Source: Thermoanaerobaculia bacterium
GTDB lineage: Bacteria; Acidobacteriota; Thermoanaerobaculia; Multivoradales; Multivoraceae
DNA: 64,000 nt
Direction: 5' to 3'
Assembly (NCBI GenBank): GCA_963664405.1
Contig: OY761158.1
Coordinates: 6,592,001-6,656,000 of the forward strand
Both the position numbers and the translations under genes were made by a program. Every line of letters begins with the position of its first letter. Within the stretch, counting starts at the first letter, position 1. Below the pieces are notes generated by a model, which saw only the letters and a list, made by a program, of their open reading frames with translations, did no database searches and was not told where the DNA came from. Below are positions 33,064 through 41,414 of the stretch, piece after piece.

Positions 33064-34482
33064 TCAATTCGGGGCTCGTAGGGGCGGCGCGAAGATGCGT
33101 GCCGGCGGTAGTCTGTCTCGATACGGCAGCGGTACTTCGGCGCTCTCGATGCTGTACGTCTCGCCGCGGACACAAAGCGCGGCGAGGCCGCGCTCGTCCG
33201 CTCTTCGGGCGTAGATGTGGCCGTGGCTGAAGTAGTAAGTGAGGATATTGCTGCCTTGTGAAGTCGCGCTCCACGCACAGCAATTGGTGAGCCCAAGCAG
33301 CTCCCTCGAGTCATCACCGGTGCCCTCGATGACATTCGCGAGGGCGCCGAGCTCGTCGATTGTTGGCAGGCGCCAGTCGTCGAGCTCCCCGATCCGAGAG
33401 CCGTTGCAGAGGTCCGTGGCAGCGGCATGATCCCGAATCGAATCGGCGGCGAGATTCCATTCCTGCCCGTTGCGGAGGTTCTCGACGATTCCCGGAGCCG
33501 AGACGAGGACTGGCGACTCTCCATCCACAACCAGGATTAGGGGCTCCGAGGTTGGGATGCTGATCCGTTGGTCGAAGTAGAGAGTGCCCTTTCGACTCAT
33601 CGCCCGAACCCGGATCTCGTCGCCCGCCTTGCCGGCCGCGTAGCGTTCGCCAAGCTGGATCGCTACGAGGGAGCTGTCGTCGAGCTGGATAAAGCCCGGG
33701 AGGGCCGCTTCAATAACCAGGCCCAGCGCCCCTACGCCGGGTGCCGCCGCCGGCGTGTCACATTCGAGATCCAGGCTGACCCGAGCGCTTCCTTCGACAG
33801 TGGAGAATACCTGCGCTGCCGGCTGGCAGTTGGGCGCCTCGGCCTCAACTCGAAGCACCGGTGTCCACCTCTTCATCGACAGGTCGACGAAACTCGCTTC
33901 GCCGATCCCGTCGGAGAGCGCTGTCGCGATGGCCGTACCTGCTCCGAGCGGATTGATCACCCGTAGCGTGGCGTTGGGCAGGGGCTCGCCCGCCGTTGCC
34001 GAGCTCACTTTCTTGCGTACCTGGACGGAGAGCGAGACGGTAGCGGAAGCCAGGGTATCGAGGCTTGCCCCGCAGCGCTGCTGCGGGTCACGGGGAAGAG
34101 TGCGCTGGTTGTTCTGCTCATTCGACTCCGAAAGACGCCCTTCCGGATCTACCGTGGCCTTCAGCAGGCTCAGCCCCGCCGGCAAGGGCACCTGGGCGAA
34201 ACGAAGCTCGGCGTCGCTTCCGGGAAGGAGCGGGGCGTCGGTGGTCGACTGCTGTGACCAGGGCGGATTCGAAAGTACCTCTAGGCGGAGCTCGACAGGT
34301 CCTGCCGTAGCCCCACTTCCGATATTGGCGAAGCGCACTCGAACTCCGTTACAGAGACCGATTTGGCCCGGTCCCTGGGTTTGAATGGAGATGATCTCGA
34401 GATCTGGTTGACTGGTCGCCGGCGCGGCCAATCGAAGAAGAAGGCCTAGGAGCGCCGAGTGGTGAAGGGCGCGTCGGCTCAC
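33064..34482 (-). CDS. Secreted CARDB + DUF1566 (Lcl-like) domain protein
   Basis: Signal peptide; PDL..NIG...VDPEGRLSESNEQNN (CARDB); DWRLPTIDEL...WSAT...LCVR (DUF1566). Confidence 0.75.
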   Translation of the reverse strand: MSRRALHHSALLGLLLRLAAPATSQPDLEIISIQTQGPGQIGLCNGVRVRFANIGSGATAGPVELRLEVLSNPPWSQQSTTDAPLLPGSDAELRFAQVPLPAGLSLLKATVDPEGRLSESNEQNNQRTLPRDPQQRCGASLDTLASATVSLSVQVRKKVSSATAGEPLPNATLRVINPLGAGTAIATALSDGIGEASFVDLSMKRWTPVLRVEAEAPNCQPAAQVFSTVEGSARVSLDLECDTPAAAPGVGALGLVIEAALPGFIQLDDSSLVAIQLGERYAAGKAGDEIRVRAMSRKGTLYFDQRISIPTSEPLILVVDGESPVLVSAPGIVENLRNGQEWNLAADSIRDHAAATDLCNGSRIGELDDWRLPTIDELGALANVIEGTGDDSRELLGLTNCCAWSATSQGSNILTYYFSHGHIYARRADERGLAALCVRGETYSIESAEVPLPYRDRLPPARIFAPPLRAPN

Positions 34483-35834
34483 GGCTCGGCTCGGGTACGC
34501 ATCGTCACGAACTCTTCGGCGGTGGTCGGGTGGATCCCGACCGTCGCGTCGAAGTGCGCTTTGGTGGCGCCGCTCTTGAGAGCAATCGCCAGGCCTTGAA
34601 TGATCTCCGCGGCGTCGGGACCGAGCATATGGGCGCCAACTACCCGATCGCTGCTGGGGTCGACCAAGAGCTTGATCAGGGTTCGCTCGCTCCGGCCCGA
34701 AAGAGTGTGCCGCAGGGGCAGAAATCGTGAGCGGTAGACGTCGACTTCCGCGAGAGAGTCCCGGGCTTCTTCCTCGGTGAGTCCGACGGAGCTGAGGCAG
34801 GGTTGCCCGAAGACCGCGGTCGCGATGTCGCGATAGTTCATCGCTGTCGGCGTGTCGCGGAAGAGGGTGTCGACGAGAGCCATCGCCTCGGCGATGGCAA
34901 CGGGGGTCAGGTTCATCCTGTTGGTGACGTCTCCGATCGCCCAGATGTGGGCCGCGCTGGTTCGTGAATAGTCGTCGACCCGAACTGCTCCTTCTCGATC
35001 GAGCTCGACGCCGGCGCGGCGGAGGCCGATTCCCGACGTGCTTGGCGTGCGTCCGGTTGCAAGCAGCACCTGGTCAGCAACGATAGTGGAGCCATCGTCG
35101 AGGTCGAGCACAAGCTCGCCGCCACGACGCTGCAGGCCGATTGCCCGGACCTCGTTCCGTATGTCGATCCCTCGTGCCCTCATCGCTCCTTCCAGCTCCA
35201 GGCGTAGCTCGCGGTCGAAGCCGCGGAGGATGAGCTCTCTGCGGTACAGCAAGCTGACTTTCGAGCCCAGTCCCTCGAAGATGTTCGCGAATTCGACCGC
35301 GATGTAGCCGCCGCCGAGAATGGCGATACGTTTCGGCTGCTCGGCGAGCTCGAAGACATCATCAGAGATCAAGGCAAGGTCATTTCCCGGGAACTCCGGG
35401 CGAGTTGGCCTCCCGCCGGTGGCGATGAGGATGTTTCTGGCGCTGCGCTCTTGAGAGCCGCAGCCGACGATGTTTGGGTCCAAGAGCACTGCACGACTTT
35501 CGAGAATCTCGACGCCGGCATCCTGAAGAAGGCTCCGGTAGATGCCGTTGAGACGGAGGATCTCTCGATCTTTGTTCTCGATCAGGGTGTTCCAGTTGAA
35601 GGTGGGCTCCGGGCCGCTCCAACCGAATCCGACCGAGTCCTCGATCTCGTCGCGGTGGTGCGAGGCGTAGACCATGAGCTTTTTGGGAATGCAGCCGACA
35701 TTGACACAGGTGCCTCCCAGGTCTCGCTCCTCCGCGATCGCTACGCGCGCCCCCGCGCTCGCCGCCATTCTCGCCGCGCGCACACCTCCGCTGCCCGCAC
35801 CGATGACGAAAAGGTCCAGCTCGTTCGATGTCAA
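34479..35834 (-). CDS. gor: Glutathione-disulfide reductase
   Basis: GAGSGG, GGTCVNVGCIPKK, GGGYIAVEFA, LTPVAI and GIHPTTAEEFVTMR. Confidence 0.93.
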   Translation of the reverse strand: MTSNELDLFVIGAGSGGVRAARMAASAGARVAIAEERDLGGTCVNVGCIPKKLMVYASHHRDEIEDSVGFGWSGPEPTFNWNTLIENKDREILRLNGIYRSLLQDAGVEILESRAVLLDPNIVGCGSQERSARNILIATGGRPTRPEFPGNDLALISDDVFELAEQPKRIAILGGGYIAVEFANIFEGLGSKVSLLYRRELILRGFDRELRLELEGAMRARGIDIRNEVRAIGLQRRGGELVLDLDDGSTIVADQVLLATGRTPSTSGIGLRRAGVELDREGAVRVDDYSRTSAAHIWAIGDVTNRMNLTPVAIAEAMALVDTLFRDTPTAMNYRDIATAVFGQPCLSSVGLTEEEARDSLAEVDVYRSRFLPLRHTLSGRSERTLIKLLVDPSSDRVVGAHMLGPDAAEIIQGLAIALKSGATKAHFDATVGIHPTTAEEFVTMRTRAEP

Positions 35835-36598
35835 ATTTCTTCACCTGAAAGAGAGGTTGAAGAGGCGCGACGCGGGCTACTAGGTACTTGGAGGCCCAGA
35901 GCGCGCAGCTGCTCGGTGGCGACCGCTGCCCAACCGCGATTCGCAGCCGGACTCGCGGGACTGGGGTGGAGGATACGTCCGATCTCGATCGGGAGCGAGG
36001 CGCAGGCTTTTCGAATGCGGCCCTCGGCGAAGGCGCCGACTCCGACAACCTTGGTTGCGCCGAGGGTCACGACGATGTCCCTCAAGGCCCGATCGCAGGA
36101 GCCGGTGATGGCGTCGCGGTCGCTACGAAGAAGACGGTCTGGGGTGAGGTTCCTGCCACCGTCGTCGAGGAAGAGGAGGGGGCAGTAGTTGGTGACCCAG
36201 CGATCGCTAAAGAAGGCCTCGGGCGATCCCCAGTGCTCTCGAGCCCAGCCCCAGAGACGCGCACCACTGACCTCCTCCCGCGGACAGGCGAAACCGAGCA
36301 CGGGGCGTTTGGGGTGCTCGGGCACGGGGCGCCCAACCGATTGGTGCTTCAATTTGAGCCAGTCGCTGACCACAGAGACAGCGCCGAACGGTACCCCGGT
36401 CTGGGCCATGCCCCACGGCCCGGGGTTCATCCCGACCAGCACCGTACTCTTGTTGCCGGAGCCATAACGCTCGAGGAGCTCCGAGTGCGGTCGCCAGGCG
36501 TAGTCCAACGGCCTGTACACATAAGCTACAGGGTGAGCGAAAGCCACCTCTCGCAACTCGTCGCGGAGTCGGAGCGTGATTTCGTGAAGAGAGCTCAT
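35831..36598 (-). CDS. smug1: SMUG1 (family 3) uracil-DNA glycosylase
   Basis: GMNPGPWGMAQTGVPFG, EVSGARLW, NYCPL, RNLTP and ILHPSPASP. Confidence 0.93.
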   Translation of the reverse strand: MSSLHEITLRLRDELREVAFAHPVAYVYRPLDYAWRPHSELLERYGSGNKSTVLVGMNPGPWGMAQTGVPFGAVSVVSDWLKLKHQSVGRPVPEHPKRPVLGFACPREEVSGARLWGWAREHWGSPEAFFSDRWVTNYCPLLFLDDGGRNLTPDRLLRSDRDAITGSCDRALRDIVVTLGATKVVGVGAFAEGRIRKACASLPIEIGRILHPSPASPAANRGWAAVATEQLRALGLQVPSSPRRASSTSLSGEEI

Positions 36599-36660
36599 CG
36601 GCCTAAGAAGAGAGGGGGTTTGCGATGTGGAGCCGCCCACCTCTTTGTTTAGGGTGCGGC

Positions 36661-37353
36661 TCAGGGAAGTCGGTCTCGAAAGGCGCTGGCGGCAGTAGGG
36701 ATATCGACCTTTGCCTCGCCGAAGAGAAGATCCTCGGGTAGCGGTTTCTCGCGATAAAACCGCGAGACATCCTTACGGCTTATTTTGAGCTTGGCGCCGC
36801 TCAGACTGACGCCGGCGAAAAATCCGGTGGAGTCTGCGTAGGAGTAGATTTGGGCGTCGAGCCGGATGTCAGTGGTACCCTCGACGTCGGCACTGCGTGG
36901 CCCGGCCGCGACAGTGGCGTCGGCTCCTAGTGTGAATTTGCTCTTCATCAAGGAACGGGCACTCCTTTCACTGACGATGAACAGAACGATGTCAGAAGAG
37001 TGTGCCCCGACTTGGAGTCCGATGCTGCCTCCCGACATGCGGAGGAAGGCCGGCGGGCTCCAGTCGCCCGAATTTTGGCGGCAGGATATGACCCCCTTGC
37101 CATGCCTGCCTCCAATACCCAAAGCGCCTTTGATGACTCTGGGAAGAACGGCGATACACGTACACTCGTCGATCAATCTCCCTGGGGGCAGGTTGTCCCC
37201 TTCGAGCAGTTTCGCTAGGACGTCGCCAGCACGGGCCAGCCGCTCGTCCAGTGACGCAGCCCGGGAAGGAAGTGCCGAGATTGCAGCCAAGATGGTGAGG
37301 GAGAGCAGGACGGGAAGAGTGCTGAGATGCGAGCGCTGCTTGCTGTTGCTCAT
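36661..37353 (-). CDS. Lipid-binding SYLF (Ysc84) domain protein
   Basis: Signal peptide; G.GVISCR...WSPPAF, GGSIGLQVG, AAGP and YSY...G.FAGVSL.G. Confidence 0.88.
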   Translation of the reverse strand: MSNSKQRSHLSTLPVLLSLTILAAISALPSRAASLDERLARAGDVLAKLLEGDNLPPGRLIDECTCIAVLPRVIKGALGIGGRHGKGVISCRQNSGDWSPPAFLRMSGGSIGLQVGAHSSDIVLFIVSERSARSLMKSKFTLGADATVAAGPRSADVEGTTDIRLDAQIYSYADSTGFFAGVSLSGAKLKISRKDVSRFYREKPLPEDLLFGEAKVDIPTAASAFRDRLP

Positions 37354-37377
37354 TTCCGTAGGATACCGCAGTACGCG

Positions 37378-38688
37378 ATGAGCGATCCGAGACAGGAGAG
37401 TGCCGACCAGGCCGGCCGCGGTGCAGGGCGAGAGGTGTGGAGTTGGGCGCTCTACGACTTCGCCAACTCTCCGTTCACTACCCTGGTCGTCACCTTTGTC
37501 TACGCGACCTACTTCACCCAGGTTATTGCGGCCAACGAGGAGCGCGGCACGGTGTTGTGGTCGCGGGCGGTGGCCTTGACCGCGATCGCGGTTGCGCTGC
37601 TCTCGCCGTTCCTTGGCGCTTTGGCTGACCGTGGCGGATACCGCAAACTGTTCTTGCTGATCTCGACAGCAGTGTGCGTCGTTGGCAGCGCGGCTCTCTA
37701 CTGGGTCGAGCCGGGGCGGGCCGTAACGGCCCTCCTTTTCTTCGTCCTCGCCAACGTTGCGTTCGAGATGGGAATGGTGTTCTACAACGCTTTCTTGCCG
37801 GACATCGCAACTCCCGGCCGAATCGGTCGAGTTTCGGGTTACGGGTGGGCATTGGGCTACGGTGGCGGCTTGGTCGCTCTCGTTGTGGCTCTTGTAGCCT
37901 TGGTTCAGCCCGAAGTTCCCTGGTTCGGTTTTGCTCGTGACAATGGTGAGAACATACGTGCGACCAACCTTCTGGTAGCCGGCTGGTTCGTGGTTTTCAG
38001 TCTCCCCTTGTTCTTCTGGGTTCACGAAGACAAGTCTAGGGTCTCGCTAGGTGGCAACGTCGTTGCTGAGGCCTACGATCAGCTGCGCGGCACGTTTGGA
38101 GAGATTCGTCGCTATCGCCAGGTTGTTCGGCTACTTCTCGCACGGGTCCTCTACAACGACGGCTTGGTCACGGTGTTTGCTTTCGGGGGTATCTACGCCG
38201 CTGGAACTTTCGACTTCAGCTTCGAGGAAATTCTGGTGTTTGGCATCGTGCTCAATGCGACCGCAGGAGCTGGAGCCTTCATTCTCGGGTTTCTCGACGA
38301 TCGACTAGGCGGTAAGAGGACGCTGACCATCAGTCTCTGGGGCTTGATCGCGGCCTCATCTCTGGCGGTTGTCGCTCCTGACAAGACCACCTTTTGGGTG
38401 GCCGGAATCGTAGTCGGGATCTTCTCCGGTCCCAATCAGTCAGCCAGCCGCTCTCTTCTGGGACGCTTTGTGCCCCCCGAGAAGGAGAACGAGTTCTTCG
38501 GCTTCTTTGCCTTTTCCGGCAAGGCCACCGCCTTCCTCGGTCCGTTCCTGCTCGGCGTTCTTACCGCCGCATTCGGTTCCCAGCGTGCTGGGATCTCGAT
38601 CGTCGTACTCCTTCTCGTCGCCGGTTTGGTGGTGCTGCGAGGAGTCGACGAGGAAGAGGGGATCCGCGTCGCTGCGCGGAGCGGGTAG
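37378..38688 (+). CDS. MFS transporter, UMF1/Atg22 family
   Basis: WALYDFANS, SPFLGALAD, FYNAFLP, GRVSGYGW..GY.GG and SASRS. Confidence 0.92.
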   Translation: MSDPRQESADQAGRGAGREVWSWALYDFANSPFTTLVVTFVYATYFTQVIAANEERGTVLWSRAVALTAIAVALLSPFLGALADRGGYRKLFLLISTAVCVVGSAALYWVEPGRAVTALLFFVLANVAFEMGMVFYNAFLPDIATPGRIGRVSGYGWALGYGGGLVALVVALVALVQPEVPWFGFARDNGENIRATNLLVAGWFVVFSLPLFFWVHEDKSRVSLGGNVVAEAYDQLRGTFGEIRRYRQVVRLLLARVLYNDGLVTVFAFGGIYAAGTFDFSFEEILVFGIVLNATAGAGAFILGFLDDRLGGKRTLTISLWGLIAASSLAVVAPDKTTFWVAGIVVGIFSGPNQSASRSLLGRFVPPEKENEFFGFFAFSGKATAFLGPFLLGVLTAAFGSQRAGISIVVLLLVAGLVVLRGVDEEEGIRVAARSG

Positions 38689-38740
38689 GAGAGGCTACCT
38701 GCTGGCGCCGGCGAGATTAGAGTTATAGCGATCGAAAGCC

Positions 38741-38766
38741 GGGGCCGCCCCTGACGGGACGGCCCC
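38741..38766. terminator. GC-rich hairpin between convergent genes, possible terminator
   Basis: ggggccgccc-ctgac-gggacggcccc stem-loop; only weak U-tracts. Confidence 0.4.
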
Positions 38767-38785
38767 AGTCCGGCTCTCTTCTGCA

Positions 38786-38952
38786 CTAGACCAGCGTTTC
38801 CAAAGTTCGCGCACATATCTCGGCCCCTTCTGCCCGCTGCCGGCGTTGCGCCTCCTCAACATATTCCCCAATATGCCTGCGTCGGCGCGCCTAGCCAGCG
38901 AACAGAATGAGCTCGAGCTATGCAGCACGAACTCTGGAAAACGCTGGTCTAG
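38786..38952. mobile_element. MITE copy 4 (TIR type B)
   Basis: CTAGACCAGCGTTT...AAACGCTGGTCTAG with the conserved core. Confidence 0.9.
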
Positions 38953-38957
38953 CTCCC

Positions 38958-39704
38958 TCAGAACGAAGCAGCGATCGAGATACCGCCGTAAAAGTCCACT
39001 TTCTGGGTCGGAAGGACCATGGTGTCCAGAGAGTCGGTGTAGTTTGCGAAGAAGGAGACGCCCCAGATCTCTCCCGCCGGGATGGTGAGCGATCCTCCGA
39101 TGGTGCCGGCGAAAAGGCCACTGTCGACCCCTCCTGCGTAGAAGGCCGCGAAGTCCGAATCGGCGAAGGAGGCAATGAGGTCGACGCCCCACTCGACTCC
39201 ACGGTCACCGATCTCCGAGCCGAAGGAAACGCCGAGCTCGGCGTAGAGAGCGTCTACCTCGTCCATGTCGTAGTAGAGGGTCAGACTCGGCGAGGCGACG
39301 ACGTCGAGGCCGAGGCCGAGGTAGACCTCGCGAGTACCTTCAAAGACTGTATTTGGAAAGGTGTAGTCGATGTAGCCAACCTCGGCACTGAGAATGCCCT
39401 CGGTTGGAAAGGCATAGGCCAGCGCGAGGTCGAGCTCACTGAACTCGCCCTCGAGGCTGTTGACATCGTCAATGTCGAGGTTCCCCCATGTGTTGAAAGA
39501 GAATCCACTTTCGTGGGAGATGGTGATCGAGGGCTGAAACACGGCTCCGTCGACGAGTGTGAGGCCGCGCCAGACGTAATGCGAGACGAAGTCGCCACTG
39601 TAGTCGACGGCGATTTCGGCGGCAGACGCGGCACCGGCGCCGGCAAGAAGCAGGGCGAGAGCAAGCAATAGAAGCGAGACGGTACTCAAAGTGCGGCGAA
39701 ACAT
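38958..39704 (-). CDS. TorF-like putative outer-membrane porin
   Basis: Signal peptide; S.YVWRG, FQPS, ELDL...Y, GYIDYTFP and terminal Phe. Confidence 0.75.
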   Translation of the reverse strand: MFRRTLSTVSLLLLALALLLAGAGAASAAEIAVDYSGDFVSHYVWRGLTLVDGAVFQPSITISHESGFSFNTWGNLDIDDVNSLEGEFSELDLALAYAFPTEGILSAEVGYIDYTFPNTVFEGTREVYLGLGLDVVASPSLTLYYDMDEVDALYAELGVSFGSEIGDRGVEWGVDLIASFADSDFAAFYAGGVDSGLFAGTIGGSLTIPAGEIWGVSFFANYTDSLDTMVLPTQKVDFYGGISIAASF

Positions 39705-39798
39705 TCTCTTTTCCTCCGGTAGGGTTCTGAGGGAGCGTTTAGGTTGCCGCTCGGAAGCTAGGAGGCCGAACGGCGGCGTGAGACAGGCTCTACAGATC

Positions 39799-39813
39799 GC
39801 AAGGTGCGTGCCA
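39799..39813 (-). promoter_or_regulatory. Sigma54 -24/-12 promoter of the porin gene
   Basis: Minus strand reads TGGCAC-GCACC-TTGC, matching the TGGCAC-N5-TTGC consensus, ~95 bp upstream of the ATG. Confidence 0.8.
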
Positions 39814-39983
39814 CCTCTCGACTTGCGAGAGGGAGGTAATGCAACGTGTTATAGGGAAAGGAGATAGCGCATGGCTAGTGGCCGCAGCGCCAATCTCCTC
39901 GCAGCTACGTCACGACGAAAATGTAGGAGCTCGGCGACGGGGTGACGAAATCGTAGCGAGTGAAGGGGCGAGTAGGCTGTCTT

Positions 39984-41297
39984 TCAGGCGACTCTTTCGC
40001 AGGCCTTCTGCAAACGGCGCAGCCCCTCGTCTACCTCTTCCGTCTCGATCAACATTGAGGGCCCGAGGCGAATCACATTGCCACGAAGGCCGCCGCTGCC
40101 AAGGAGGAGGCCTTCTTCTCGGGCTGCCTCGAGCAACGCTGCCGCCCGAGTCGGGTCGGGCGTACGGCTGGAGGGATCCTCGACCAACTCGGCTGCCTGC
40201 ATCAGTCCCATGCCCCGAACCTCACCGATCCACGGATGACGGCTCGCCATTTCCTCGAGCCCTCGACGTAGTTGGGCTCCCCGTAGCGCGCTGCGTCTAG
40301 GGGTTTCGAGCCTACGCATGACCTCGAGAGTGGTGCGCGCCGCAGCCATTGACAGCGGGTTGCCGCCAAAGGTGGAAATGGTCTTAGCGGTCCACGACTC
40401 GGCGATCTCGGGGCGGGTGATGGTGGCTCCGACCGGCAGACCATTCGCAATGCCTTTGGCCATCACCATGATGTCGGGCTCCACTCCCCAATGCTCGATG
40501 CCGAACCATCGGTCGCCGGTACGCCCGAAGGCGGTCTGGACCTCGTCGCTGATGAAGAGGCCGCCGTAACTCCGAATCACTTCCGCGGCGCGCTCGAAGT
40601 AGCCGGACGGTGGCACGATGAAGCCGCCCACTCCAAGTATGGTTTCAGCGATGAAAGCGGCCGGCCTGCCGCTGGTAGTGGTCTCGATCACCTGTACCAG
40701 ATCTTCGGCGTAGCGCTCGGCGCAGTCACCTGAGCAAGGGCCGTCGCAGAAGGTGCAGCGATAAGGGTACGGGGCGAGGGCGTGTTTGATTCCGGCGATC
40801 GAGGATGGCAGCGGCCGCCATCGTCCGTGGGCGGTGAGATTGGTGCTTAGAGCGCTTCGTCCTGAATAGCCCAGGCGCAGGGCGATCACTTCGCTGCGTC
40901 CGGTATGCTGGCACGCGAGCATCACCGCCGTCTCTACCGCTTCGGTGCCGCTATTGGTAAAAAAGCTCGAGGATAGCTCGCCAGGGCTGATTTCGCTCAG
41001 AGCTCGCGCAGTATCGACCTGGGGCTCATTTACGTAGCAGGTCGAGATGTGGCCGAGGGTGCGAGCTTGGGCGGACAGAGCCTCGACGACTTCCGGATGG
41101 CAATGGCCGAGCGAAGTGGTGAGGATCCCGGCGAAAAAATCGAGGTACTCGCGACCTTCGCTGTCACGGACCCAGACTCCCTCGCCTTCGCTCAAGACCA
41201 ACGGTTGCTGGTAGTAGGGCGGGGCGCAGGGGAAGAGATAGCGTCGATGATCGTCGAGAATGTCGGCGGCGGGGGACACCAGGGGACTTTGCGTCAT
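39984..41297 (-). CDS. Class III PLP aminotransferase (AGXT2/GabT-like)
   Basis: YLDFFAG, LGHCHP, FTNSGTEA, DEVQTAFGRTG, MAKGIANG and TFGGNP. Confidence 0.92.
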   Translation of the reverse strand: MTQSPLVSPAADILDDHRRYLFPCAPPYYQQPLVLSEGEGVWVRDSEGREYLDFFAGILTTSLGHCHPEVVEALSAQARTLGHISTCYVNEPQVDTARALSEISPGELSSSFFTNSGTEAVETAVMLACQHTGRSEVIALRLGYSGRSALSTNLTAHGRWRPLPSSIAGIKHALAPYPYRCTFCDGPCSGDCAERYAEDLVQVIETTTSGRPAAFIAETILGVGGFIVPPSGYFERAAEVIRSYGGLFISDEVQTAFGRTGDRWFGIEHWGVEPDIMVMAKGIANGLPVGATITRPEIAESWTAKTISTFGGNPLSMAAARTTLEVMRRLETPRRSALRGAQLRRGLEEMASRHPWIGEVRGMGLMQAAELVEDPSSRTPDPTRAAALLEAAREEGLLLGSGGLRGNVIRLGPSMLIETEEVDEGLRRLQKACERVA

Positions 41298-41414
41298 GAT
41301 CGAGAAGGGGATCGCGCGAACGAGGGCGTGCGATCGTACCACGCGGGAGCCTGGTGCCGTGGGCGCTTGACGGACGCAAAGGGGGCGCGGAGAGCAAGGT
41401 AGAATGCCGTTCGG

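Noticed and set aside
6548-39192. Repeated peptide ARRADAGILGNM.RRRN...QKGPRYVRELWKRWS in ORFs 6548-6841, 21661-22008 and 38695-39192 (and the opposite-strand MPASARLASEQN)
   Set aside because: These are translations of the type-B MITE; the flanking parts are unrelated and there is no consistent start, so this is not a protein family.
41360-41410. GACGCAAAG and TTGACG/TAGAAT upstream of the sulfatase gene
   Set aside because: The first riboswitch stem is absent, and the -35/-10 spacing (~27 nt) is wrong for a sigma70 promoter.
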